Part shown: one piece after another, positions 1-9,419 of the stretch
Layout of the letters: each line of letters begins with the position of its first letter
How positions within the stretch are numbered: the stretch's first letter is position 1
Assembly (NCBI GenBank): GCA_963663965.2
Contig: CAXXFK010000029.1
Location: 238,451-302,450 of the forward strand
Direction of reading: 5' to 3'
DNA from: Sedimentisphaerales bacterium
GTDB lineage: Bacteria > Planctomycetota > Phycisphaerae > Sedimentisphaerales > SM23-30
DNA: 64,000 bases
Position numbers and translations under genes: made by a program
The notes under the pieces: model-generated
What the model saw: the letters and a program-made list of their open reading frames with translations, nothing else
The model's database searches: none
What the model was told of the DNA's origin: nothing

Positions 1-1
1 T

Positions 2-1078
2 GTGGTGTTGGGTCTTGCCTGTGCTGCCATGGGAGTTTTATTTATCCGGGTATTATATGCGACAGAGGATTTGTTTGATCAAATCAAGATTCACCACATA
101 CTGAAGCCGGTTGTTGGCGCGTCAGGTCTGGGGCTGCTTGGTTTGGTCATGGTATTCTGGCTGGGAGATTCGACCACCCATCAACCTTCCATTTATGGAA
201 ATGGCTACCCAGTGATCGGACATTGTATTGATGCGATGACCCATATTTCGCATGAATTACCGATGACTATCGGGATGATGCTGTTGCTGGTTATCTTGAA
301 AATGGCATCCACCTGTTGCACGCTGGGTTCCGGTGGATCAGGCGGCGTGTTTGCACCATCACTTTTTATTGGCGCAGTTTTAGGTTATGCGCTAGGATTG
401 ATATTCCAGAGATTGGAAGTGTTTATTAATGTCAATCCATCGGTCTATGCCCTGGTGGGCATGGCTTCGGTGGTGGCGGCGACGACGCACGCTCCCATGG
501 CGGCGATCGTGATATTATTCGAAATGACCCGTTCCTATCAGATTGTCATGCCGGCGATGTTTTCCGCGACAATTGCAGTGGTTGTGGCGCGTTGGATGTG
601 CCGGGATTCCATCTATACCCTGAAATTACGTCGTCGCGGAGTGCATTACGAAACTATTGCGGATGCGGCGATTTTACGCCGTTTAACCGTACGTATGGTT
701 ATGAAGATGCATTATATTACCGTTCATGAGAATGAACCCTTGCGGGAAGTTATCAATAAAGCCATTGGTCAGGAACTGGCTGATTTCATCGTTGTGGATG
801 AAGAAGGCCATTATAAAGGCATGGTATCGGCAGAAGACATGCGCGAGGCTCTTATGCAGCCTGAGAGTATACCGCTACTGGTAGCGGCCGATTTGATGCG
901 CGAAAATATTCCGGCCGTCATCCCGGATGATTCCCTGGATAAAATTATGGCGATTTTGACTGAAAATCATGTCGATTCTTTACCCGTAATAAATCCCCGG
1001 AATGACAGGGAATTTATCGGTATGATCACCCGATCATCGCTGATGGACCGGTATCATGAGATATTAACAGGGCATTGA
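2..1078 (+). CDS. CLC-family chloride channel/Cl-/H+ antiporter with C-terminal CBS pair (5'-truncated by window edge)
   Basis: GSGGSGGVFAPSLFIG (GxFxP), THAPMAAIVILFEMT and SIYT motifs, multiple TM helices, then two CBS repeats. Confidence 0.92.
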   Translation: MVLGLACAAMGVLFIRVLYATEDLFDQIKIHHILKPVVGASGLGLLGLVMVFWLGDSTTHQPSIYGNGYPVIGHCIDAMTHISHELPMTIGMMLLLVILKMASTCCTLGSGGSGGVFAPSLFIGAVLGYALGLIFQRLEVFINVNPSVYALVGMASVVAATTHAPMAAIVILFEMTRSYQIVMPAMFSATIAVVVARWMCRDSIYTLKLRRRGVHYETIADAAILRRLTVRMVMKMHYITVHENEPLREVINKAIGQELADFIVVDEEGHYKGMVSAEDMREALMQPESIPLLVAADLMRENIPAVIPDDSLDKIMAILTENHVDSLPVINPRNDREFIGMITRSSLMDRYHEILTGH

Positions 1079-1105
1079 GGTCAATTCAGCATATTAAACT
1101 GGGAT

Positions 1106-2482
1106 TCAGTTTACAGTACGATATTTTTTTAGGAAGTATCGGTATTGATGGTAAGAAAGGCCCAGCAGGCGGGCGGCGCGGGCCTGGTTATTCTGGGTTG
1201 CGGAAAGGGCGTCGAGGATCAGGTGTTTTTTGTAGGTTTCGATTTTGTCGTAGAAACCCGTTAATTCGAAATCTGGTAGCGCCGGGTTGGGCATACCCAG
1301 ATCCTCAGGGGTAATTTCGTTCGTTGTGTCTCGATAGGCGGCCCGTTCAATAATGTTTTTCAACTCACGGATATTACCGGGAAAATGATAACGTTTCAGT
1401 ACCGACAAGGCCGCCGGGCTGAGGTGTTTGCCGCCGAGTGAAGGGATTTCCTGCATAAACATATTTAAAAAGTATCTTGCCAGACGTTCGATATCGCCCT
1501 CACGATTCCGTAAAGGAGGAATATTGATTTCTTCGAAAGCCAGTCGGTCATACAGATCATTGAGAAAGCTGCCTTGCTGCATTTTCTTTTTCAGGTCAAC
1601 ATTGGTAGCGGCAATAATTCGAGAACTGACTTTAATCTCATTGGTACCCCCGACTCGGGTAAAGGTACCGTATTCAACTACGCGCAGGATCTTCTGCTGG
1701 AAAGGGAGAGACATATTGCCGATCTCATCGAGGAAAAGCGTCCCTCCTGAGGCCAGTTCGAATTTACCATGTACTCTGCTGTCGGCGCCAGTATAGGCGC
1801 CTTTTTCATGACCAAATAACTCAGATTCAAGCAATGTATCAGTAAAAGCCGCACAGTTTACCACAATCATGGGGCGGTCGGAATCACCTGCGGCAGTATG
1901 GATGGCGCGAGCAACTAATTCTTTACCTGTTCCCCGTTCACCGGTGATCAGTACTGGACGGGGAATCGTGGCAATCCGGTCGATTCGATTAAGCACTTCG
2001 AGTATCTGAGGCGATTCTCCGACAATCTGATAACGTTGCCGGGCAGCCTGTTGCAATAACATGTTTTGTTCACGTAAAACCCGATTTCGATCCATTAAAT
2101 TCAAATGGGGCTGGACTTTATAAAGCAGCGTTTTTACGCGGTCTGCCAACCGTCCGGTTCGAACCAGAAAGTCATTTCCGCCGGCTTGGATAGCAAGCGC
2201 GGCAAGTTCGACATCTCCTTTTTCAGCAGCAACAACGACCGGCAGTTCCGGTCGGGTGGATCTGATCTTGGGTAATAAATCAATTCCCCTGACAGTACCA
2301 TCTCCCAGTTCATAGTCTAAAACAATCAGATCCCACATTAAGCCGGACTGCAGGCGAGTTAGCAATTTGGCGCCGGAAAAGACTCTTTCAATCTGACACT
2401 GGCCGGCAGTTACCTTTTCAAACGTTTCGGCCAATTCTTCCAGGTCGTGAGAGGGTGTATCAAGGATTAAAAATTGTTTCAT
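1106..2482 (-). CDS. Sigma54-dependent activator (receiver-AAA+-Fis HTH), PspF-like AAA/HTH
   Basis: N-terminal receiver (DLIVLDY), Walker A GERGTGKE, ESELFGHEKGAYTGA, Walker B LFLDE, DLYDRLAF, HTH NQARAARLLGLSYHQYR. ATG 2482 preferred over TTG 2503. Confidence 0.92.
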   Translation of the reverse strand: MKQFLILDTPSHDLEELAETFEKVTAGQCQIERVFSGAKLLTRLQSGLMWDLIVLDYELGDGTVRGIDLLPKIRSTRPELPVVVAAEKGDVELAALAIQAGGNDFLVRTGRLADRVKTLLYKVQPHLNLMDRNRVLREQNMLLQQAARQRYQIVGESPQILEVLNRIDRIATIPRPVLITGERGTGKELVARAIHTAAGDSDRPMIVVNCAAFTDTLLESELFGHEKGAYTGADSRVHGKFELASGGTLFLDEIGNMSLPFQQKILRVVEYGTFTRVGGTNEIKVSSRIIAATNVDLKKKMQQGSFLNDLYDRLAFEEINIPPLRNREGDIERLARYFLNMFMQEIPSLGGKHLSPAALSVLKRYHFPGNIRELKNIIERAAYRDTTNEITPEDLGMPNPALPDFELTGFYDKIETYKKHLILDALSATQNNQARAARLLGLSYHQYRYFLKKYRTVN

Positions 2483-2524
2483 GATTTGATTATAGATAAA
2501 CAACGATTAAATTAAAGTGAAATA

Positions 2525-2561
2525 TAGTGATAATCATTAGGCATGTGGTGAAAAGTGTTAC
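2525..2561. promoter_or_regulatory. Candidate tandem upstream activator sites for the divergent sigma54 activator
   Basis: TAGTGATAATCATTAG (imperfect palindrome, 2525-2540) and GTGGTGAAAAGTGTTAC (2545-2561), about 100-140 bp upstream of the predicted sigma54 start site. Confidence 0.45.
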
Positions 2562-2636
2562 TTTTAATTAAGGTTCAATTAGGTATGAAATTTGTAACTG
2601 TTTTTAAAATAATGTGATATAAAAATCTGCGTCTAT

Positions 2637-2652
2637 TGGCATCCAATATGCT
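2637..2652 (+). promoter_or_regulatory. Sigma54 (-24/-12) promoter of the SPFH gene
   Basis: TGGCATCCAATATGCT: GG at 2638-2639 and GC at 2650-2651 with exact consensus spacing; adjacent to a sigma54 activator gene. Confidence 0.8.
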
Positions 2653-2697
2653 ATATCTCTTTGCAAGTATTTTAAACTTTATTTTAGGAGATATATC

Positions 2698-4863
2698 ATG
2701 TTCTTTGAATCGATTGAAAACTGGATGTGGATCAGTGCCGGTGTGATTTTTTTGATATTCAGTCCGTGGTTATTAGGTGTGAGGTATATTCCGCATAATA
2801 AAGTGGGGGTAGTAGAAAAATTATGGTCGTTTTCTGGATCTTTAAGAGAGGGGCGAATTCTCAGTCTGGCCGGACAGGCTGGTTATCAGGCGGAAATATT
2901 ACGTGGTGGACTGCACTATATGCTGTTTCCGTGGCAGTATCGTATTCACAAGGAACCGCTGGTTCAGATACCGGAAGGCAGAATTGGTTATGTTTATGCC
3001 AGAGATGGCGGGCCATTACCGCCTACACAAACACTTGGTGTGACAATCGACTGTAATCATTTTCAGGATGCCCGAGCCTTTTTATGCAATGGCGGCCAGC
3101 GCGGCCGGCAACGAGCGTTTCTTCGTGAAGGCGTTTATGCTTTGAATCTGGCCCTGTTTGTAGTGATCAGTGAAACCGAAGTTTATAACGGGCCGGGGAA
3201 TAAAAAAGATCACGCTCAATTTGTTAACTGGCAATCACAATTGAATGCGATGGATGGATTTACTCCAATTATTATTGGTCAGGTGCAGGATAACGATGAT
3301 ATTGGCATCGTGGTTGTTCATGATGGGCCGACAATTGAATCTGGTGAGATCATCGCTCCAGAGGTGGCCTCATCTGACGAACAGGAAAATCATAATTATT
3401 TTCAGGACCCGGAACGGTTTTTGGAGCTGGGAGGACGGCGTGGTAAGCAATTGCAGGTGTTGACCGATGGGACCTATTTCATTAACCGTTGGTTTGCCAC
3501 AGTTGAAATCCGACCCAAGACATTGATCCCGATTGGGTATGTAGGCGTCGTTGTATCCTACCATGGCATAACCGGCCAGGATTTAACCGGATCCAATTTT
3601 CGTTACGGTGAACAGGTTGATCCCGGGCATCGAGGGGTATGGAAAAGGGCATTGCCTCCCGGTAAGTATCCGCTAAATCCATACGCACTCAAAGTGGAAT
3701 TGGTGCCAACGGTCAATTTTGTCCTGCGCTGGGTTACCGGCATGATGGAGCAGCATGAGTATGATAAAGATTTGAAAAGCATCGAATTGATTACTGCCGA
3801 TGGTTATGAGCCGATGCTGCCCCTTTCCCTTGTGCTGCATATTGATTACGAAAAAGCACCGCGAGTTGTCCAGCGATTTGGCGATGTCAAACGATTGATC
3901 AGCCAAACTCTGGATCCCATTATTTCAGCCTATTTTCGTGATGTGGCACAGTCGACCCAGATGCTCGATTTTCTGACGCATCGTGAAGAAATCCAGCAAC
4001 GGGCGACGGCAGAATTGAGTCGGCGCTTTCAGAACTATGATATTAATTGTATTGCGGTCATGATAGGGCGTCCGGAAACGAAGAATCGTAATATGGCCGG
4101 TATTGATCCCATTGATGAATTGTTCGATCAATTAAGACAGCGGCGATTGGCTCATGAACAGATTCAGACCTACAATCAACAGGAAGAGGCCGCTATGAAG
4201 TTAAAAGAATTGAACAATGCCAGGGCGACCGCAGAGAAACAGCGCGAGCTGACCCAGACCCGAATTAATATTGATATTGCAGGGAACAGAGGTGAAGCTG
4301 AGTTAGCAGAAGCCCACCGGCTGGCCAAACGGGATATTGCCCGTGCCGCCGGTGAGGCTCGCGCCAAAGAACTACTGGGTAAAGGAGAGGCCGCCAGAGT
4401 CGGAAAGATTGGTCTGGCCGAGGCCGCCGTATCATTACAGAAAGTCAGGGCGTTAGGGGATCCCCGGTTATTTGCTTTGAATCTTGTCAGCGAAAAACTG
4501 TCTCAAAGCGCTCAACCTTTGGTGCCTGAACGTTTGTTAATGATGGGAGGTGGTACGGATGGTGGTAGTGATAGTAATGGCGCAATGGGACTATTCGGCA
4601 AAGTATTGACACTGTTACTTGCTGAACGGGGCGGAATGGAATTTATGAAGGATACCGATAATCCAGTGATTCAAGAATTAGATGATTATATTCAACATGA
4701 GAATGTCCAAGCAACGTCTGTTGAAGGAATATCAGAAAAAAGTCTGGGTCTTGATGAAGAAACGGGGCAGGGGTTGCAAAGCGAAGATTGTGCGGATGAC
4801 GTTGAGGGTGAAACGCCCTCAGCGACTAAGGTTATAACTTCTGAACAACCCAATAGCGACTGA
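2698..4863 (+). CDS. SPFH/band-7 (flotillin-like) membrane protein
   Basis: N-terminal TM; repeated G-x-Q-x3-L-x2-G-x-Y units; SPFH core (ITADGYEP...VQRFGDV...LDPIISAYFRD); Ala/Glu-rich flotillin coiled coil; acidic tail; AGGAG RBS. Confidence 0.88.
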   Translation: MFFESIENWMWISAGVIFLIFSPWLLGVRYIPHNKVGVVEKLWSFSGSLREGRILSLAGQAGYQAEILRGGLHYMLFPWQYRIHKEPLVQIPEGRIGYVYARDGGPLPPTQTLGVTIDCNHFQDARAFLCNGGQRGRQRAFLREGVYALNLALFVVISETEVYNGPGNKKDHAQFVNWQSQLNAMDGFTPIIIGQVQDNDDIGIVVVHDGPTIESGEIIAPEVASSDEQENHNYFQDPERFLELGGRRGKQLQVLTDGTYFINRWFATVEIRPKTLIPIGYVGVVVSYHGITGQDLTGSNFRYGEQVDPGHRGVWKRALPPGKYPLNPYALKVELVPTVNFVLRWVTGMMEQHEYDKDLKSIELITADGYEPMLPLSLVLHIDYEKAPRVVQRFGDVKRLISQTLDPIISAYFRDVAQSTQMLDFLTHREEIQQRATAELSRRFQNYDINCIAVMIGRPETKNRNMAGIDPIDELFDQLRQRRLAHEQIQTYNQQEEAAMKLKELNNARATAEKQRELTQTRINIDIAGNRGEAELAEAHRLAKRDIARAAGEARAKELLGKGEAARVGKIGLAEAAVSLQKVRALGDPRLFALNLVSEKLSQSAQPLVPERLLMMGGGTDGGSDSNGAMGLFGKVLTLLLAERGGMEFMKDTDNPVIQELDDYIQHENVQATSVEGISEKSLGLDEETGQGLQSEDCADDVEGETPSATKVITSEQPNSD

Positions 4864-4892
4864 TTTTAACCGGTTAATCATTTGATTGTAAA

Positions 4893-5783
4893 TTATGGAA
4901 TTAATTTTCGTGTCCGCATCCATGTTTCACAAGCCTGGGGCCAGAGGCAGGTGCCGGGCGCTTTATCGGCGCGACCCAAACCGTAGCCGTGCCCACCGTT
5001 CTGGAAAATGTGCATTTCAGCAGGAATATTATTTTCGACCAGGCCTTGGTAAAATAGCAGGCTGTTCTGAACGAGAACTACTTTATCATCCGTGGAATGG
5101 AACAGGAATGTCGGCGGTGTTTTCGGGGTGATTTGCTTTTCATTTGACATCAGTTGGACCAGCTCCGGTTTGGGTTCGGGTCCAAGCAGATTTCGTCTGG
5201 AACCGCCATGGGTGATACCATTTTCCATAGAAATCACCGGGTAGCCAAGGATCATGTAATCCGGGCGGCTGGAGATTTTGGCGGCCGGATCGTCAGGGGC
5301 GATCATCTGGGGTTCAAAATGGGTGCCAACTGAACTGGCTAGATGCCCTCCCGCAGAAAAACCAATAATGCCAATTTGCTCCGTCTTAATGTGATATTTT
5401 TCGGCATTAGAGCGAATGTAACGCATGGCCGCCTGGGCATCGGCCAGAGGAATGGGGTGATGATACCCTTTGGTGGCATGACGGTAATCCAGAACCCAGG
5501 CGCTGACTCCCAGGCTGTTCATCCAGCGGGCGATCTGGTAACCTTCATGATCAATAGCCACGTGGCCATAGCCACCGCCGGGGCATATTAACAATGCCGT
5601 GCCACACGCTTTATCTTCCGGTAAGGCAAATTCTGTCAGAGTAGGGATGTCTTTTGCTTCGGTTCCAAGCGCACCTGGAGCGCCATCCGGCCACAATGGG
5701 AATGTTTTCATCTCTTCGGCAAAAATCATATTGAATCCGCTTAACATGGAGAGAATTAAGATGCAATAAAAAAAGTTTCGCAT
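4893..5783 (-). CDS. Secreted alpha/beta hydrolase (carbohydrate esterase, BD-FAE-like)
   Basis: Signal peptide, CPGGGY oxyanion motif, GFSAGG nucleophile elbow, DDKVV and HGYG triad residues. Confidence 0.88.
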   Translation of the reverse strand: MRNFFYCILILSMLSGFNMIFAEEMKTFPLWPDGAPGALGTEAKDIPTLTEFALPEDKACGTALLICPGGGYGHVAIDHEGYQIARWMNSLGVSAWVLDYRHATKGYHHPIPLADAQAAMRYIRSNAEKYHIKTEQIGIIGFSAGGHLASSVGTHFEPQMIAPDDPAAKISSRPDYMILGYPVISMENGITHGGSRRNLLGPEPKPELVQLMSNEKQITPKTPPTFLFHSTDDKVVLVQNSLLFYQGLVENNIPAEMHIFQNGGHGYGLGRADKAPGTCLWPQACETWMRTRKLIP

Positions 5784-5835
5784 GGCAGTTTCCTTTTACG
5801 AAAAAATTCACATAGACTCGGAGTTCCAATTACGT

Positions 5836-7602
5836 TTATTGCCGTGAGTATACTTTGTACACCGCTTCCAGCGGTTCAGGTAGTAGATCATCAGGATAAG
5901 CATTTTGCAGACCGGCGGCAACCAGTCCCAGGAACATTTGCTGGGGGCGCATGGGACGGCTGGTCATGCAGGGATGGGCCTGAGTGCCAATAAAAAATGG
6001 ATGATCGGGCAATTCTAAAATCTGCATGATGGGTTCGCCCGGAGCCTTGCCTGAAAATACCAGGCCGGCTTGCGTGAGGCGTTCAATATACTTGGGGTCC
6101 ACTTCCAGACGATGACGGAAACGCATTCGAACACTGGTTTGCCGGCCAAAAAGTTCCCATGCAAAAGTGTTAGGCGTGATTTCAACATCTTTACCGCCCA
6201 ATCTCATGGTACCACCCAGGCCAGTGATGCCTTTTTGCTGAGGCAGAATATCTATTACTTTATTATTGCCATTGGGATCGACTTCGCTGCTGCAGGCACC
6301 TGCAATACCACAGACGTTTCGGGCAAATTCGACCACGGCCATCTGAAATCCAAAGCAGATTCCCAGATAAGGCAAGTTGTTTTCACGGGCGTATTTGATA
6401 CAGGCAATTTTGCCTTCCGCACCCCGGGCGCCAAATCCACCCGGTACAATGATGCCATGGAGACCTTTGAGCTTTTCAGCGGCGTTGTCATTATTCAGAT
6501 CTGTGGTATCGATCCAGGCAATATCAACATGGGCGCCCAGATTGGTGCCGCTATGTTCGAGGGCGTGAATAATGCTGGCATAGCTGTCACGAAGAGAAGT
6601 ATATTTTCCCGTAATACCGATTTTGACGGTGCGGTTAATGCGATCCAGTTTGTCAACATATTCGCACCATTTATTCCAGGCTTCCCGTTCATGCCTGAGA
6701 TCGACACGCTCTTCCAGCTTAAGCAGGCGCAGTACTTCAAAATCATATCCCAGTTCCCGAAGCATATTGGGGATCACATAGATGCTGTGACAGTCATGCA
6801 TACTGAAAACGCGCTCGAGGGGAACGTTGGTGTACTGTGCTATTTTCTGGCGGACTTTGGTGACGACCGGACGATTAGCCCGGCACGCGATAATCTGGGG
6901 TTGTACGCCCATTTCCATGAGTCGTTTAATACCGAGTTGAGCCGCCTTGGATTTCTGTTCGCCCAGGGTTGGAGGTTCCAATACATGGGTCAGGGCCACA
7001 AAACAGACGGAATGCGGCCCTTCTTCATAGGCCAGTTCACGCATCGCTTCGATATAATAGGCGTTTTCCACATCACCAACAGTCCCTCCGATTTCAACAA
7101 AAATAATATCGGACTGGGATTTTACCGCCAGTTCACGCAGGCGAAGTTTTACTTCGCCGGTGACATGGGGAATCATCTGAACATCGCGACCAAGATAATC
7201 TCCATGACGCTCCTTGTTGAGAACGTGGGTATATATCTGGCCGCTGGTCGTGAAGTTGAAGCGATTCAGATTCATGTCGAGCAGGCGTTCATAGGTTCCC
7301 AGGTCCATGTCGCACTCCATTCCATCATCAAGGACAAAGACCTCTCCATGGCGGAATGGATTGAGTGTTCCGGAATCGATATTGAGGTATCCTTCGAGTT
7401 TGATGGGAGAGATGCGCAGGCCCTTATCCTGGAGGAGTTTGGCCAGACTGGAAGAAAAGATGCCTTTGCCCAGTCCGCTGATAACGGTACCCATAATGAC
7501 AACATATTTACACCGTCCGCGTATATAACCATCGGGCATGGGGGTATAAAATTCCGTGTCATCTGACATATTACTAACGCTATTGATCAGATCTTCGCTC
7601 AA
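5836..7602 (-). CDS. pyrG: CTP synthase
   Basis: GTVISGLGKG, YLNIDSGTLNPFRHGEVFV, EIGGTVGD, PGGFGARG, GICFGFQ; TTG start; about 30-aa N-terminal extension. Confidence 0.97.
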   Translation of the reverse strand: MSEDLINSVSNMSDDTEFYTPMPDGYIRGRCKYVVIMGTVISGLGKGIFSSSLAKLLQDKGLRISPIKLEGYLNIDSGTLNPFRHGEVFVLDDGMECDMDLGTYERLLDMNLNRFNFTTSGQIYTHVLNKERHGDYLGRDVQMIPHVTGEVKLRLRELAVKSQSDIIFVEIGGTVGDVENAYYIEAMRELAYEEGPHSVCFVALTHVLEPPTLGEQKSKAAQLGIKRLMEMGVQPQIIACRANRPVVTKVRQKIAQYTNVPLERVFSMHDCHSIYVIPNMLRELGYDFEVLRLLKLEERVDLRHEREAWNKWCEYVDKLDRINRTVKIGITGKYTSLRDSYASIIHALEHSGTNLGAHVDIAWIDTTDLNNDNAAEKLKGLHGIIVPGGFGARGAEGKIACIKYARENNLPYLGICFGFQMAVVEFARNVCGIAGACSSEVDPNGNNKVIDILPQQKGITGLGGTMRLGGKDVEITPNTFAWELFGRQTSVRMRFRHRLEVDPKYIERLTQAGLVFSGKAPGEPIMQILELPDHPFFIGTQAHPCMTSRPMRPQQMFLGLVAAGLQNAYPDDLLPEPLEAVYKVYSRQ

Positions 7603-7700
7603 ATCTCTGTGCCTTTCGAAAATATAATAATTTCAATAACTGGTGCTTATTTTGTCGGATAAATATCTATGTCAAATCCTGAATTAATTCATAATCCTGT

Positions 7701-8444
7701 TTATGCTGAGGTTGCCTGCCATCGAGTCAGAAAATCCTGATATTGTTCAGGTGTGTCAATACCAGAGGCTGTATGTTGAACTTTCGCAACAGCAATCGAG
7801 ATCCCGTTTTCAAGGGCTCGTAGCTGCTCCAGTTTTTCCATTTGTTCCAATGGTGCGGGAGGAAGTTTACTGAACATCATTAAAACATCGCGACGATAGG
7901 CATAGATTCCAATATGCTTATAATATTGGCGATTAAACGGGGCATTATCCCGATTAAATGGAATCGGACATCTGGAAAAATATAACGCTTTACCCTGATT
8001 ATTGATAACAACTTTAACAATATTTAAATTATTGATGTCATCCGGATTGTCGATTTGGGAAATCAACGTCCCCATCCCGGCATCAGTCTGGTCGCACATA
8101 AGCTGGACGAGTGTGTCGATGTTTTCCGGAGGCAATTCGGGCTCATCGCCCTGAACATTGATAATCAGGTCCGTGGTTATGTTTTCAGCTACTTCAGCCA
8201 GCCGGTCAGTTCCGCAAGTATGATCTGATCTGGTCATGATCCAGTCAGCGCCAAAATTTGAACAGGCATCGGCTATGCGGGGGTCATCAACGGCGATAAT
8301 AGTCCGGTCGATTCGTCTGGCCTGGATAACCTGTTCATAAACATGCTGGATCACAAATTTACCAGTCTGTTTAGCTAGAAGCTTTCCGGGAAACCGAGTA
8401 GAAGCATAACGAGCAGGTATGATGGCAGTTACATTCATAAACAT
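7701..8444 (-). CDS. kdsB: 3-deoxy-manno-octulosonate cytidylyltransferase
   Basis: IPARYASTRFPGK, GTDR, NVQGDEP, HIGIYAY, LEQLRALE; start may be ATG 8438. Confidence 0.97.
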   Translation of the reverse strand: MFMNVTAIIPARYASTRFPGKLLAKQTGKFVIQHVYEQVIQARRIDRTIIAVDDPRIADACSNFGADWIMTRSDHTCGTDRLAEVAENITTDLIINVQGDEPELPPENIDTLVQLMCDQTDAGMGTLISQIDNPDDINNLNIVKVVINNQGKALYFSRCPIPFNRDNAPFNRQYYKHIGIYAYRRDVLMMFSKLPPAPLEQMEKLEQLRALENGISIAVAKVQHTASGIDTPEQYQDFLTRWQATSA

Positions 8445-8485
8445 CTATAATTTACAGATTTAAAACAATTATTAACTGCAGGAAA

Positions 8486-8514
8486 ATAATAGCAAAGTAG
8501 AGGTATCCTGTCAA
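8486..8514 (-). promoter_or_regulatory. Sigma70-type promoter for kdsB
   Basis: TTGACA-17 bp-TATTAT with TG extended -10 on the minus strand. Confidence 0.7.
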
Positions 8515-8744
8515 AGGTTAATTCATGGACCTATATTTCGTTGTAACTAAAGCTGCGTGAGAAAAGGTTGTATATCAGACTGGAAATATTTAATGGAATG
8601 AACAAATCCGTCAAAATGATAGCATTCCATAATGATCTGTCAATAAAAGGATTACGAATCGTTTGTTCAATAATATGTTGTTTTGCGACAACATCGTCTG
8701 GACAGGAGATGAAGCCAGAACGGGATTTTGGCTTATAACTTATT

Positions 8745-8771
8745 TAATTATCAAACGTTATAAGTCGATAG
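8745..8771 (+). promoter_or_regulatory. Candidate sigma28 (FliA-type) promoter upstream of the PilZ gene
   Basis: TAAT-N15-GTCGATAG versus consensus TAAA-N15-GCCGATAA. Confidence 0.45.
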
Positions 8772-8847
8772 TAATTTTAGTAACTAATGGCATTGTGTTT
8801 GCATGCTAAGAATGACAATTATTTCAAATCATAAATTAAAAATTATT

Positions 8848-9204
8848 ATGAACGCATTAGAAGATAACCGTGAATATCGCAGATTAAGTATCAAAATGCC
8901 TTTCAAATATCAAAGAAAGCTTGAAGGGCGCAGCGCAGTACAACATGGAGTCACAAAAAATATAAGTACGGGTGGGATGTATTTTGAGACCGCCAAAGAT
9001 ACTTTCCAGCCGGGAGAATTGCTAACTATAGAGCTTGATGTCAGCGAAAATGAAGGCTATTTTCCAACTAATAGTTCAATACAGGCTGTCGGTGAAGTCG
9101 TACATATAACACCGGTTCCGGATCTATCCAGTAGCGATAATCATGGATATTATAAAAATGGTGTTGGGATAAGGTTTTGTGATTCACTCAAGTTGGTTTT
9201 CTAA
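8848..9204 (+). CDS. Stand-alone PilZ-domain protein (c-di-GMP receptor)
   Basis: REYRR (RxxxR) and NISTGG (D/NxSxxG) motifs, C-terminal GVGIRF; ATG 8848 preferred over 8803. Confidence 0.85.
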   Translation: MNALEDNREYRRLSIKMPFKYQRKLEGRSAVQHGVTKNISTGGMYFETAKDTFQPGELLTIELDVSENEGYFPTNSSIQAVGEVVHITPVPDLSSSDNHGYYKNGVGIRFCDSLKLVF

Positions 9205-9314
9205 CAAGTTTTAAGCAGGTAGAGCAGTTGTTGGCTGCTTAAAATCTAACCATCTGATATTACAATAGTTGTGATTTTTCGCCGTCGGGATATTTCGATT
9301 CAAGGAAGTTTGAG

Positions 9315-9343
9315 TTGACAGTCAGGGGAATTGGTTATACATT
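9315..9343 (+). promoter_or_regulatory. Sigma70-type promoter for lpxB
   Basis: TTGACA-17 bp-TACATT. Confidence 0.65.
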
Positions 9344-9419
9344 CTGAAATTCGAATAATAACGTAAGTGTATTTAATTTAATTGCTTATATGTTCATGCC
9401 GGCTTTCAGAAAGTATCAG

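Noticed and set aside
6070..7566. 498-aa ORF on the + strand
   Set aside because: Antisense shadow of pyrG with no recognisable motifs
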